The notes below the pieces were generated by a model. That model was not told the origin of the DNA and made no database searches. It saw nothing but the letters and a program-made list of their open reading frames with translations. A program made the position numbers and the translations under genes. 64,000 nucleotides of DNA, taken from assembly GCA_905182105.1 (NCBI GenBank), contig CAJJAR010000014.1, forward strand, positions 32,565 to 96,564. The letters run 5' to 3'. This DNA comes from an uncultured Rhodobacteraceae bacterium. Lineage in GTDB: Bacteria > Pseudomonadota > Alphaproteobacteria > Rhodobacterales > Rhodobacteraceae. Shown here one piece after another: positions 20,926 through 31,380 of this stretch; within the stretch, counting starts at the first letter, position 1, and the number at the start of each line of letters is the position of its first letter.

Positions 20926-20982
20926 TGGGCCCCAAAATAACCATTGCAGGAGGCTGGGGCTGATCCCTCAAGGCGTTCGTAT

Positions 20983-22242
20983 ATGGTTGAACATATCCCA
21001 CTTGAACTGCCTGAGAACCCCAGACTAGCGGGTAACATAACGCATTTTGCTCGTGCACTGCGTCGAGCTGGGCTGTCGATTGGCCCGGGACGGGTCATAG
21101 ATGCAGTCCGCGCAGTTCAAATCGCGGGATTTACGAACAAACAGGACTTTTATTGGACGTTACATGCTTGTTTTGTCAACCGGCCCGAACACCGTGTCGT
21201 ATATGCGCAGGTCTTTCGATTGTATTGGCGCGATCCCCAATATCTTGAGCATATGATGGCTGCGATGCTGCCAGCCATTCGTGGGGTTCAAGAAGAACGC
21301 AGCGCGCAAGCAGCCGAAAAACGTGCGGCCGAGGCGTTGCTTGATGGTGCCGAAGCCACAGTCGATCAGCCAGAGAAAGAGCGCGAAGACAGCGAGATTG
21401 AGATTGATGCATCGTTTACTATCAGCGCTGAGGAAAGGCTGCGTTCACTTGATTTCGAGCAAATGAGTACAGCTGAGATGGCTCAAGCCAAACGCATGCT
21501 CGCGAGGATAAAGCTGCCCGTTGACCCGATGGTGTCACGGCGGACGCAATCATCTCAACGCGGTAGGTTAGATGCTGCTAAAACCCTGCGTGCTGCAATG
21601 CGAAAAGGGGGTGAGCTACACAAGGTGATGTACAAAACACCCCGTCATCGTTGGCCCAATCTGGTTGTTCTTTGCGACATTTCGGGCTCAATGAGCCAAT
21701 ATTCACGCGCTGTACTGCATTTCCTACATGCCGTAAGCAACGCAAAGGGTGCGGGGTGGGCCAAAGTGCATGCCTTTACCTTTGGAACGCGTCTGACGAA
21801 TATAACGCGGCATTTGCATCAGCGCGATGTGGATGCTGCATTGTCTGCCGCTGGTGCTGAAGCGCAAGATTGGGAAGGTGGTACACGGATCGGTGAATGC
21901 CTCGAGGACTTTAATCGTGATTGGTCGCGGCGTGTCATGGGGCAGGGTGCAGTTGTGCTTTTGATCACCGACGGATTGGAACGTGCGGATACGGACGTAT
22001 TAGCCAAACAGATGCAACGTATTCACCTCAGTTCAAAACGGTTGATCTGGCTGAACCCGTTGCTGCGATGGGATGAGTTTTCCCCCAAAGCACAAGGTAT
22101 CAAAGCGATGTTACCACATGTGGACAGTTTTCGTGCAGGACACTCGATTGCATCACTTGAACAATTGGCTGCCGTGATTTCACGACCTGACGATGTGGGG
22201 GAAAAGGCACGTTTGATGAGCGGGTTAGCAGGCAAAACGTGA
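20983..22242 (+). CDS. coxE: VWA-domain protein, CoxE type
   Basis: CDISGSMS MIDAS motif, FTFGTRLTNIT, WEGGTRIG and LIWLNPLL. Confidence 0.85.
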   Translation: MVEHIPLELPENPRLAGNITHFARALRRAGLSIGPGRVIDAVRAVQIAGFTNKQDFYWTLHACFVNRPEHRVVYAQVFRLYWRDPQYLEHMMAAMLPAIRGVQEERSAQAAEKRAAEALLDGAEATVDQPEKEREDSEIEIDASFTISAEERLRSLDFEQMSTAEMAQAKRMLARIKLPVDPMVSRRTQSSQRGRLDAAKTLRAAMRKGGELHKVMYKTPRHRWPNLVVLCDISGSMSQYSRAVLHFLHAVSNAKGAGWAKVHAFTFGTRLTNITRHLHQRDVDAALSAAGAEAQDWEGGTRIGECLEDFNRDWSRRVMGQGAVVLLITDGLERADTDVLAKQMQRIHLSSKRLIWLNPLLRWDEFSPKAQGIKAMLPHVDSFRAGHSIASLEQLAAVISRPDDVGEKARLMSGLAGKT

Positions 22243-22246
22243 TGGA

Positions 22247-22272
22247 AGATGCCGACTGTTAGACCGGCATCT
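22247..22272. terminator. Hairpin between convergent coxE and purL
   Basis: AGATGCCG-N10-CGGCATCT. Confidence 0.45.
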
Positions 22273-22289
22273 AATTCTTGAAATGCTGT

Positions 22290-24449
22290 TTAAGCGACTG
22301 CGGCAGCAAAACTGCTGCGGTACACTTCAGACAGTTCTGACAATGGCGCGCTGCAATTACCCATCCAAACAGTGTCGCCTGTGAACTTACCGACAGAGTG
22401 CAACGGCACGCCAGCTTGTGCAGCTGCTAACATCAAACCTTCGGCCTGATCAAAGTTACAGGCGATCAAATAACGTGCTTGGTCTTCACCAAACAATGTT
22501 GGTGTGTCGTCACTGTCTAGCCAAACACCAACGTTGGATGCTTCCGCCAATTCGAACGCTGCCAAGGCAAGACCGCCATCGCTAAGGTCGGTACAGGCTG
22601 TGATCATTGCGCGGTTGTCACGGATGAACTGGCCGTGCTTTGCTTCTGCCTCAAGGTCCACGGCAGGAGCGTCGCCCTCAATGCGGCTGAACACTTCTGC
22701 TAGCAATGCAGACTGACCAAGGTGACCTGTTGTGTCGCCCAAGACAAGCGCCACATAGCCGTCACGGACCTCGTTGCCAATAATGTCATCAACGTGCTTG
22801 ATCAGACCAACTGCCCCGATTGTTGGCGTTGGCAGAATGCCAGTACCGTCGGTTTCGTTGTAAAGGGACACGTTGCCCGAAACGATTGGCATGCCCAAAG
22901 CGGTTACAGCTGCTGAAATTCCTTGGATCGCCCCAACGAATTGCCCCATGATTTCAGGCTTTTCTGGATTGCCAAAGTTCATGTTGTCCGTGCTTGCCAA
23001 TGGGGTCGCACCAACAGCGCTTAGGTTGCGGTATGCTTCGGCTACGGCTTGTTTGCCGCCTTCAACTGGGTTGGCTTTGACGTAGCGCGGTGTAACGTCG
23101 GATGTGAATGCCAAGGCTTTGTCGGTGCCGTGGATGCGTACTATGCCAGAACCAATGCCTGGTGTACGGGCGCTGTCTGCCATAACCATGGTGTCATATT
23201 GCTCATAAACCCATTGCTTAGCAGCATAATTTGGGCTGGAGATCAAAGCGCGAAGGCCATCAATTGGGTCGATACCCGGAACGTCAGCAAGTGGCTCAGC
23301 CGCAGGGGTTGGGACCCATGGGCGGTCATATTCAGGTGCCGTGCCAGCAAGGGTTTTCAGCGGCAAGTCAGCTTTGGTTTCACCGTTGTGAACGATGTGA
23401 AAACGATCTTCAGCGATGGTTTCACCAACGATAGCAAAGTCTAGATCCCACTTGTCGAAGACTGCTTTGGCTTCTGCTTCAAGTTCTGGCTTTAAAACCA
23501 TCAACATACGCTCTTGGGATTCACTTAGCATCATTTCGTAAGCGGTCATGTGTTCTTCGCGAACTGGAACTTTTTCGAGGTGCAGACGCACGCCTAATCC
23601 GCCTTTGTCGCCCATCTCAACCGCAGAACATGTTAGGCCAGCGGCCCCCATATCTTGGATCGAAATAACAGCGCCAGTTTGCATTAACTCAAGCGTGGCT
23701 TCCATCAGGCGTTTTTCGGTGAAGGGATCGCCAACTTGGACAGTAGGGCGTTTTTCTTCAATGTTATCATCGAATTCTGCAGAGGCCATTGTCGCGCCGC
23801 CAACGCCGTCACGACCAGTTTTTGCGCCTAAGTAGACAACAGGCATACCAATACCAGAGGCTGCTGAGTAAAAGATTTTGTCAGCGTCCGCTAATCCAGC
23901 CGCAAACGCGTTTACAAGGCAGTTGCCGTTGTATGCTGGGTCAAAGCGTACTTCGCCGCCAACACAGGGTACGCCAAAGCAGTTGCCGTATCCGCCAACG
24001 CCCGCGACCACGCCGTTTACCAGTTGCTTAGTCTTGTGGTGTGAAGGTTCGCCAAACGACAATGAATTCATTGACGCAATTGGACGTGCGCCCATTGTAA
24101 AGACATCACGCAGGATGCCACCAACACCAGTTGCAGCGCCTTGATATGGCTCAATGTAGGACGGATGGTTGTGGCTTTCCATTTTGAAAACAACAGCTTG
24201 ACCATCACCAATATCAACAACACCAGCATTTTCGCCAGGACCGCAAATAACCTGCGGACCAGTTGTTGGCAGTGTTTTCAGCCAAATTTTGGAGGACTTA
24301 TAAGAACAGTGCTCGTTCCACATGGCTGAGAAAATACCCAGCTCGGTAAAAGTTGGCTCGCGGCCTACAATCTCAAGGATACGCGCGTATTCTTCGGGGC
24401 TGAGCCCGTGTTTGGCGATAAGATCTGGTGTGATTGCAGGCTCTGTCAT
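22290..24449 (-). CDS. purL: Phosphoribosylformylglycinamidine synthase subunit PurL
   Basis: [28 protein letters not shown] and LSESQERM; start trimmed to MTEPAITP. Confidence 0.98.
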   Translation of the reverse strand: MTEPAITPDLIAKHGLSPEEYARILEIVGREPTFTELGIFSAMWNEHCSYKSSKIWLKTLPTTGPQVICGPGENAGVVDIGDGQAVVFKMESHNHPSYIEPYQGAATGVGGILRDVFTMGARPIASMNSLSFGEPSHHKTKQLVNGVVAGVGGYGNCFGVPCVGGEVRFDPAYNGNCLVNAFAAGLADADKIFYSAASGIGMPVVYLGAKTGRDGVGGATMASAEFDDNIEEKRPTVQVGDPFTEKRLMEATLELMQTGAVISIQDMGAAGLTCSAVEMGDKGGLGVRLHLEKVPVREEHMTAYEMMLSESQERMLMVLKPELEAEAKAVFDKWDLDFAIVGETIAEDRFHIVHNGETKADLPLKTLAGTAPEYDRPWVPTPAAEPLADVPGIDPIDGLRALISSPNYAAKQWVYEQYDTMVMADSARTPGIGSGIVRIHGTDKALAFTSDVTPRYVKANPVEGGKQAVAEAYRNLSAVGATPLASTDNMNFGNPEKPEIMGQFVGAIQGISAAVTALGMPIVSGNVSLYNETDGTGILPTPTIGAVGLIKHVDDIIGNEVRDGYVALVLGDTTGHLGQSALLAEVFSRIEGDAPAVDLEAEAKHGQFIRDNRAMITACTDLSDGGLALAAFELAEASNVGVWLDSDDTPTLFGEDQARYLIACNFDQAEGLMLAAAQAGVPLHSVGKFTGDTVWMGNCSAPLSELSEVYRSSFAAAVA

Positions 24450-24895
24450 GTGCCTAATTCCCTCGAATTTACAAAGATTGGGGGTTTCATACAGGCTGGT
24501 GAGGATGGGGGAAAGGGGCGTTACACTAAACAGTGGGATCAAGTTGTGAACCGTGCGTACGGAGCCAATTTTTAGTTCAAATGTACAGTTGAGCCGTTGA
24601 TCTGTACTTTTATCACCCGTTCAAAAAACCCGCAAACAAGTGGCATTGTCCATAACGTACATTTTTGAATGTGAATTGTTCGTTTTGAAAGGCTTGTAGG
24701 CATTCGTGAGTTGTTAAGATCGTTGACGCGTTAAGGTTTTTCAGGATGTGTTAACTGTATAGTTAGGTTTGAAAACGCAGCCGCTCAATTCAAAACTGTC
24801 TGCTTTAAAATCCAAAGGCATTAAATCGATGTTGCAAATGTTCGAAAGAAACTTGAAGCAGTCAAAGGCACTAAAATCTGCGTTAAAAAAAGTCG

Positions 24896-24978
24896 AAAAA
24901 AAAGGCCGAGCGCAAAGCTCGGCCAAGTCCAACAGGGAGTTGAAGGTGGGGTACACCGATGTACCCGCCGCCTTCATT
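24896..24978 (-). ncRNA. Candidate trans-acting sRNA (SorY-like): two hairpins with an anti-SD linker
   Basis: Minus strand: hairpin UGAAGGCGGCGGGUACA-UCGG-UGUACCCCACCUUCA, linker ACUCCCUGUUGGACUU, terminator GGCCGAGC-UUUGC-GCUCGGCC-U8; lies between the LysR gene and purL. Confidence 0.75.
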
Positions 24979-25043
24979 GTGTGGGATAGTGTTCCCACAA
25001 CGCCCAATCAATAAACAATGTGCCGCACCGGGTGAAAACCCGA

Positions 25044-25060
25044 TATGCGCCTAACGCATA
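25044..25060. promoter_or_regulatory. LysR-type operator (ATGC-N7-GCAT, T-N11-A) upstream of the sRNA
   Basis: TATGCG-CCTAA-CGCATA palindrome right after the LysR stop, about 65-80 bp upstream of the predicted sRNA 5' end. Confidence 0.6.
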
Positions 25061-25061
25061 C

Positions 25062-25967
25062 CTAGGTATTTTCGTTATTTCTTCGGTGTTTACGGAATAT
25101 AATAATTTCCTCTTGCACGAAGTCACGAAAGGCGGAAATGCGCTTGGAGTGCCGTAACTCCTCTGGATAGGCCAAAAACACAGGAACTTCAGCCGACTCA
25201 ATTTCTGGCAGCACACGTACAAGGTCTGGAAAGTCTTCGATGACGTAGTCCGGAAGAATACCGATTCCCAAGTTGTTGAGGACGCCCTGAAGCACGCCAA
25301 AGTAGTTATTCACCGTTAAAGTCGATCTAACATTATGGGTCATCAGTTCTTGAACCAAGGTAACGCTGGCACCAACCTGTGCAGAACCTGTGTTTTGACA
25401 GATTAAACGGTGATCTTTGAGATCTTTTGGCACATTGGGGAAGTGATGGTCCTTGAGGTAGTTCTTTGTTGCGTAAGCGCGCATACGAACACTCATCAGG
25501 CGCTTTCTAATCAAGTCAGCTTGTGATGGTTCTTTCATGCGAATGGCCACATCGGCTTCGCGCATAGGAAGGTCCAAAACACGTTCCTCAAGCATCAGGT
25601 CTACGCGTAAGTCTGGGTATTTTTCGTACAGTTTGGGCAGGCGTGGGGCCAAGAAAAGTGTTCCAAATCCAGTTGTCGTTGTCACCCGAAGGTCACCGAA
25701 CACTTCTTCTTCGCTGTCGCGAATACGTGCGGCTGCTGCATCAAGGCGTTTGGACATTGCGACGGTTGCGTCAAACAACAACTCGCCTTGTTCTGTCAGA
25801 ATAAGACCACGGGCATGACGGTGGAACAGCGTCGCGTTCAAGGATTCCTCAAGTGCGCGGACCTGTCGGCTGACAGCTGACTGCGACAAATGTAGTTTGT
25901 CGCCTGCATGTGTCAGGCTACCTGCATCTGCAACGGCGTGAAAAATTCTTAGTTTATCCCAATCCAT
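25062..25967 (-). CDS. LysR-family regulator, LsrB/VtlR-like
   Basis: MDWDKLRIFHAVADAGSLTHAG...SQSAVSRQ and LDLPMREADVAIRM are typical of the alphaproteobacterial LsrB/VtlR clade. Confidence 0.9.
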   Translation of the reverse strand: MDWDKLRIFHAVADAGSLTHAGDKLHLSQSAVSRQVRALEESLNATLFHRHARGLILTEQGELLFDATVAMSKRLDAAAARIRDSEEEVFGDLRVTTTTGFGTLFLAPRLPKLYEKYPDLRVDLMLEERVLDLPMREADVAIRMKEPSQADLIRKRLMSVRMRAYATKNYLKDHHFPNVPKDLKDHRLICQNTGSAQVGASVTLVQELMTHNVRSTLTVNNYFGVLQGVLNNLGIGILPDYVIEDFPDLVRVLPEIESAEVPVFLAYPEELRHSKRISAFRDFVQEEIIIFRKHRRNNENT

Positions 25968-26087
25968 ACCGAACACCCCTGAGTGACTGACAATGCATTA
26001 TATTTGTTTCCATCATTATAGGCGAATCTGCGTGGACTGATACTGCTGGATCAGGATTTTTTTGTTTAAAGGTAAAAATATCTATAC

Positions 26088-26106
26088 AGGTCAGTTTTTG
26101 TGACCT
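26088..26106. promoter_or_regulatory. Inverted repeat upstream of the IOR gene
   Basis: AGGTCA-N7-TGACCT, 45 bp before the ATG at 26152, in the divergent LysR/IOR intergenic region. Confidence 0.45.
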
Positions 26107-26151
26107 AACGTCAAAGAAACTGCACGACTGATCGACGCTGGGGAGGCCCTG

Positions 26152-29100
26152 ATGAGCACGCAAAAAATATCATTGAATGACCGTTATAATCTGGAAAAAA
26201 GCCCTATTTTGCTGAACGGCACGCAGGCTTTGGTCCGTATGATGATGATGCAAAAGGTGCGCGATGTTGTCGCTGGTTTAAATACTGCGGGGCTGGTGAC
26301 GGGATATCGTGGGTCGCCCTTGGGGGCTGTTGATATGCAGATGGAGCGTGCACTTAAGCCGCTTACGGAACATGAAATCACATTTCAAGTGGGCATCAAC
26401 GAGGATTTAGCTGCAACCGCTCATTGGGGTGCACAGCAGGCTGAACTGCGCGGGGAGGGCAAATATGATGGTGTCTTCGGCCTGTGGTACGGCAAAGGCC
26501 CCGGCGTCGATCGTTCTGGTGATGTGATGCGTCACGCCAATATGGCAGGTACGTCGCCTGCGGGTGGCGTGCTGATGGCAATGGGGGATGACCATACGGG
26601 TGAGTCCTCAACCGTTTTGCACCAATCTGAATTCGCGATGGTCGATGCCTATATGCCGATTGTTAGCCCTGCTGGGGTGCAAGAGGTCATGGATTACGGG
26701 TTGTATGGTTGGGCACTGTCGCGGTTTGCGGGTGTCTGGGTTGGCCTGAAGACGATGAAAGATACGGTAGAGGTGACGTCGGTTGTGGATGGTGATCCGC
26801 ATCGATTGTCCTTTGTGAACCCAGAATTTGAAATGCCTGAGGGTGGTTTAAATATCCGTCTGGTCGATGATCGCATCGATCAAGAGGCGCGCCTTATCGA
26901 CTATAAACGCCACGCTGCTGAGGCGTTCAGCCATGCCAATAAGATGGACAAGCGGGTTTGGGGCACTGAAAAGGCCAAGATTGGTTTTGTCGCTGCCGGT
27001 AAGAACTGGTTGGACCTGATCCATGCGCTGTCTTTGTTGAACATCGATGAGGCAGAGGCCGAACATTTGGGCATCACTACATATAAGGTTGGTCAAACAT
27101 GGCCGCTTGATATGCGCGGCTTTAATGCCTGGGCTGATGATCTGGATTTGATCATCGTGATCGAAGAAAAGCGCAAACTGATTGAGGTTCAGATCAAGGA
27201 AACCTTGTTTGATGATCTTCGGGGCCGTCGTGTTTATGGTGGGATGAAAGATGGCAAAGTGCTGTTTGGGGCCGCTTGGGCGCTTGATCCGGTTGAAATC
27301 GCCGAAAAGCTGGGCCAGATTTTGGTCGAAGAAGGGCGCAATACCGAAGGTGTTATGGCTGGACTTGCCGCAATGGACGAGGCGCGCCGTTCTGACAATG
27401 CTGAGGAAATAGCGGCTCGTTTGCCGTATTTCTGTTCTGGGTGTCCTCACAATTCATCGACCAAAGTGCCTGATGGATCGCGTGCTTATGCGGGGATTGG
27501 CTGTCACTTTATGGTTCAATGGATGGACCGCGAAACACTTGGTTTCACACATATGGGCGGTGAGGGTGCCAATTGGATCGGCGAAGCGCCGTTTTCGACC
27601 CGCGACCACGTATTCCAAAATTTGGGGGACGGGACGTACAACCACTCTGGCGTTATGGCGATACGGGCAGCGTTGGCGAACGGGACAAACATCACCTATA
27701 AAATTCTTTATAATGATGCGGTTGCGATGACGGGTGGCCAAAGCCATGACGGTGGCCTGCCTGCGCCGCAAATCGTGGCAGAGTTGAAGGCGATGGGTGT
27801 TGCCAATCTGGCTGTGGTTTATGACGACAACGAAGACGTGGATTTTGACGCCTTCCCGAAAGGCATCGAAATTCATGAACGGGCCACTTTGCAAACGGTT
27901 CAGGAAAAATTCGCCAAAGTTCAGGGTGTCAGCGCGATTGTATACATCCAAACCTGCGCTGCTGAGAAACGACGACGTCGCAAGCGCGGAACCTTCCCTG
28001 ATCCGGACAAACGTATGTTTATCAACACGGATGTTTGTGAGGGCTGTGGTGATTGTGGTGTGCAATCCAACTGCGTGTCTTTGGTCCCCAAAGAGACAGA
28101 ACTGGGCCGCAAACGTGCAATCGACCAATCCAGCTGCAACAAGGATTTCTCTTGTGTGAATGGGTTTTGCCCGTCTTTTGTATCCCTTGAAGGGGCTGTA
28201 GTGCGCAAAGAGGCCACGACTGAGCTGACCTTGCCCGACCTGCCGATGCCTGAATTGCCGGTGATTTATGGCACATGGAACGTGGTGATCACGGGCGTTG
28301 GCGGCACGGGTGTTGTGACAATTGGTGCTGTCATAGCCCAAGCCGCGCATATCGATGGCAAAGGCGCTGGCATGATGGAAATGGCGGGGCTGGCCCAAAA
28401 GGGTGGAGCCGTGCATATCCATTGCCGCCTAGCCAACGATCCTCATGATATTTCGGCCATTCGCGTGGCGACAGGCGAATGTGACGTGTTGATTGGTGGT
28501 GATCTGGTTGTGTCGGCGGGCGCAAAGACGCTGGGATTGACCCAAGCGGGGCGCACAGGCGCTGTTGTGAACTCTCATGAAATCATCACGGGCGATTTCA
28601 CCCGCGATACAGAGTTTAGATTGCCTACAGAGCGGATGACCTTAGCGTTAGAGGCCCGTTTGCGTGACGACGTGTCGTTGTTTGACGCCTCTGATCTTGC
28701 CAAAGCCTTGTTGGGGGATTCAATTTTCTCAAACATGATGATCTTTGGGGCCGCTTGGCAGCGTGGTTTTGTGCCCCTGTCACAAGAAGCGATTGTCCAA
28801 GCTATTACGCTGAACGGCACTGCGGTGGAGCGCAACCTGCGCGCTTTTGAAATTGGGCGTTGGGCTGTGCTGTTTCCAGAGGATGCCGCGGCCATTTTGG
28901 CCCCAAAGGTGATTTTACTGCCAACCAGCATGGCAGAAAAGATAGATTACCGTGCAGCGCAGTTGGTTGGGTACCAGGGCAAACGATTGGCCAAACGGTA
29001 TCGCAAGTTTCTGGATGGCATTTCTGATGATGCGGTTCGAATGGCTGCGGTTAGCGGATACCATAAGTTATTGTCTTACAAGGATGAATACGAAGTGGCA

Positions 29101-29553
29101 CGCCTGCTTCTTTATACCCGTAGCAAAGCGCGGGCAGAGTTTGATGGCGACTTTAAGATGACCTTTAATCTGGCCCCACCCATCCTGTCCAAGATTGGGC
29201 CGAATGGACGACCGGTTAAGCGCGAATTTGGGCCTTGGCTTGAACGCCCGCTGCGCCTGTTGGCAAAGCTGAAGGTTCTGCGCGGCACTCCATTTGATGT
29301 GTTTGGCTACACCGCTGAACGCAAGATGGAACAGGCGCTGATCACGCAATATGAGACGGATATGAAAACTGTCCTGAAGGTTTTGAATGATCAAAACCGC
29401 GATGCAATTGTCGCCTTGGCAGAACTGCCGCTGCAAATTCGTGGGTTTGGTCCTGTGAAACTTAAGAATGAGGGCGAGGCAGCCAAAAGGCGTGAGGAGT
29501 TGTTGATTGCCATCAGGATGGGTGCTGAAACGCTGAACAAAGCGGCAGAATAA
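26152..29553 (+). CDS. Fused indolepyruvate:ferredoxin oxidoreductase family protein
   Basis: GYRGSPLG, FCSGCPHN, TPP-binding GDGTYNHSG, ferredoxin CEGCGDC...C and beta-subunit GVGGTGVV/GLAQKGG motifs. Confidence 0.93.
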   Translation: MSTQKISLNDRYNLEKSPILLNGTQALVRMMMMQKVRDVVAGLNTAGLVTGYRGSPLGAVDMQMERALKPLTEHEITFQVGINEDLAATAHWGAQQAELRGEGKYDGVFGLWYGKGPGVDRSGDVMRHANMAGTSPAGGVLMAMGDDHTGESSTVLHQSEFAMVDAYMPIVSPAGVQEVMDYGLYGWALSRFAGVWVGLKTMKDTVEVTSVVDGDPHRLSFVNPEFEMPEGGLNIRLVDDRIDQEARLIDYKRHAAEAFSHANKMDKRVWGTEKAKIGFVAAGKNWLDLIHALSLLNIDEAEAEHLGITTYKVGQTWPLDMRGFNAWADDLDLIIVIEEKRKLIEVQIKETLFDDLRGRRVYGGMKDGKVLFGAAWALDPVEIAEKLGQILVEEGRNTEGVMAGLAAMDEARRSDNAEEIAARLPYFCSGCPHNSSTKVPDGSRAYAGIGCHFMVQWMDRETLGFTHMGGEGANWIGEAPFSTRDHVFQNLGDGTYNHSGVMAIRAALANGTNITYKILYNDAVAMTGGQSHDGGLPAPQIVAELKAMGVANLAVVYDDNEDVDFDAFPKGIEIHERATLQTVQEKFAKVQGVSAIVYIQTCAAEKRRRRKRGTFPDPDKRMFINTDVCEGCGDCGVQSNCVSLVPKETELGRKRAIDQSSCNKDFSCVNGFCPSFVSLEGAVVRKEATTELTLPDLPMPELPVIYGTWNVVITGVGGTGVVTIGAVIAQAAHIDGKGAGMMEMAGLAQKGGAVHIHCRLANDPHDISAIRVATGECDVLIGGDLVVSAGAKTLGLTQAGRTGAVVNSHEIITGDFTRDTEFRLPTERMTLALEARLRDDVSLFDASDLAKALLGDSIFSNMMIFGAAWQRGFVPLSQEAIVQAITLNGTAVERNLRAFEIGRWAVLFPEDAAAILAPKVILLPTSMAEKIDYRAAQLVGYQGKRLAKRYRKFLDGISDDAVRMAAVSGYHKLLSYKDEYEVARLLLYTRSKARAEFDGDFKMTFNLAPPILSKIGPNGRPVKREFGPWLERPLRLLAKLKVLRGTPFDVFGYTAERKMEQALITQYETDMKTVLKVLNDQNRDAIVALAELPLQIRGFGPVKLKNEGEAAKRREELLIAIRMGAETLNKAAE

Positions 29554-29657
29554 TCAAGATCGCTATATATTGGTTGCGTTCGTGTCATAAACACTGGGCA
29601 TAGCTGATTTGAGGAATTAAATGCCCTTGTTGAAAGCAGTGGAGGCAGAGGTCATCA

Positions 29658-30539
29658 ATGTCATTGAACACACGCGAAATCGCCCGCGAGATAAGTTATG
29701 CGCATTCCGTAAAAACGCGCAGTGGCCGAACAGTTGTGAGGTTGCTTGAAAACACGACGGGCCGATTGCGCCTGATCAAACGGGCAAAAGGGTATGAAGA
29801 TGAAGTCGCGCAGGGGCGTGATTTTTGGCAGGTGATGGTCGATCGTTATGGTCTGAGCCTTGATCTCGTTGGTGGTGCGCTGTCCAATATTCCCAGTGAG
29901 GCACCCGTTATCCTGATCGCCAATCACCCTTATGGTATCTTGGATGGGTTGATGATGGGTCACATCCTTTCTCAAGCCCGTGGTGATTTTCGTATTTTGG
30001 CCAACAGCGTGTTTCGCAAGGCAGAGGATCTGAACCGTATTGTTTTGCCGATTTCCTTTGATGAAACGCGCGAAGGGGTTCAAACCAATATTGCGACACG
30101 TAAGACAGCATTGGATTACCTCGGGCAGGGTGGCGCGATTGGCGTGTTTCCCGGTGGCACCGTCAGCACGGCCGAACGTCCCTTTGGTCGCCCAATGGAT
30201 CCTATGTGGCGCAGCTTTACCGCGCGCATGATTGCCAAATCTAATGCCACAGTGGTCCCTATCTATTTTGACGGCCACACCAGCCGTCTGTTCCAGATCG
30301 CCAGCCATTTGCACTCGACATTGCGCCTTGGGCTATTGATTAAAGAGTTTAAGAAACGCGTGGACACACCAGTGCGGGTCGTGATTGGGGAACCGATTGG
30401 GCGCGATGTGTTGAACCCGATTGCAAAGGATTCCAAACAGATGATGGATTTCCTGCGCAAAGCCACGTATGAGCTGAACCCAAATCCGATCAAATCATTT
30501 GATCTTGGATATGAATTTGAGGACAGGCATCGCGCCTGA
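29658..30539 (+). CDS. Lysophospholipid acyltransferase family protein
   Basis: NHPYGILD (HxxxxD) and VFPGG motifs. Confidence 0.88.
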   Translation: MSLNTREIAREISYAHSVKTRSGRTVVRLLENTTGRLRLIKRAKGYEDEVAQGRDFWQVMVDRYGLSLDLVGGALSNIPSEAPVILIANHPYGILDGLMMGHILSQARGDFRILANSVFRKAEDLNRIVLPISFDETREGVQTNIATRKTALDYLGQGGAIGVFPGGTVSTAERPFGRPMDPMWRSFTARMIAKSNATVVPIYFDGHTSRLFQIASHLHSTLRLGLLIKEFKKRVDTPVRVVIGEPIGRDVLNPIAKDSKQMMDFLRKATYELNPNPIKSFDLGYEFEDRHRA

Positions 30540-30545
30540 TGACGC

Positions 30546-31355
30546 ATGGCAGTTGGTATTTTTGATAGTGGTTTAGGTGGGTTAACTGTGCTTGAGGCCG
30601 CGCAAAAGCGTCTTCCTGATGTTGACTTTATCTATCTGGCGGATAGCGCGCATGCGCCCTACGGCGTGCGCACAGCGGATGACATCTATGAATTGACCTG
30701 TGCGGCCGTGCTGAGGCTGTTTGATGCGGGCTGTGATCTTGTAATTTTGGCCTGCAACACGGCCTCTGCTGCTGCCCTGCGGCGTATGCAAGAGGGGTCG
30801 ATTCCCGAGGGCAAGCGCGTCTTGGGTGTGTTTGTTCCGTTGATCGAGGCCCTGACAGAGCGTGATTGGGGTGACAATTCACCGCCGTGCGAAGTTGATG
30901 TGAAGCATGTTGCGCTGTTTGCGACCCCTGCAACTGTGTCTAGTCGTGCGTTTCAACGTGAATTGGCGTTCCGCGCGATTGGTGTGGATGTTGAGGCGCA
31001 GGCCTGCGGCGGTGTTGTGGATGCCATTGAAGACGGTGATTTCGTTCTAGCCGAAGCAATGGTGCGTTTGCATGTTGATGCGTTGATGCGTAAAATGCCC
31101 ATGCCACAGGCGGCCATCTTGGGCTGTACCCATTACCCTTTGATGTTGGATGCATTCCAAGAAGCGCTTGGCGCTGATGTAAAGATATTCTCGCAGGCCA
31201 AATTGGTGGGCGAAAGCTTGGCAGATTATCTGACACGTCACGGCGATAAAATCGGCGTTGGCGAACCGGCTTACCTGACGACGGGCGATCCCAAACAAGT
31301 CAGCAACCGCGCTACCCAGTTCTTGCGACGACAGATCACCTTTAATGCAGCGTGA
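30546..31355 (+). CDS. murI: Glutamate racemase
   Basis: [16 protein letters not shown] and LGCTHYP. Confidence 0.96.
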   Translation: MAVGIFDSGLGGLTVLEAAQKRLPDVDFIYLADSAHAPYGVRTADDIYELTCAAVLRLFDAGCDLVILACNTASAAALRRMQEGSIPEGKRVLGVFVPLIEALTERDWGDNSPPCEVDVKHVALFATPATVSSRAFQRELAFRAIGVDVEAQACGGVVDAIEDGDFVLAEAMVRLHVDALMRKMPMPQAAILGCTHYPLMLDAFQEALGADVKIFSQAKLVGESLADYLTRHGDKIGVGEPAYLTTGDPKQVSNRATQFLRRQITFNAA

Positions 31356-31380
31356 TCTTTACCAATATATCGAGAAAAAC

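Noticed and set aside
24741-25014. ORFs 24769..25014 (+) and 24741..25007 (-)
   Set aside because: They have no RBS or recognisable motifs and overlap the sRNA hairpins and terminator.
27265-28758. 15-nt direct repeat TTTGGGGCCGCTTGG (FGAAW twice) in the IOR gene
   Set aside because: A few 15-mer matches are expected by chance in 64 kb, and there is no flanking similarity.
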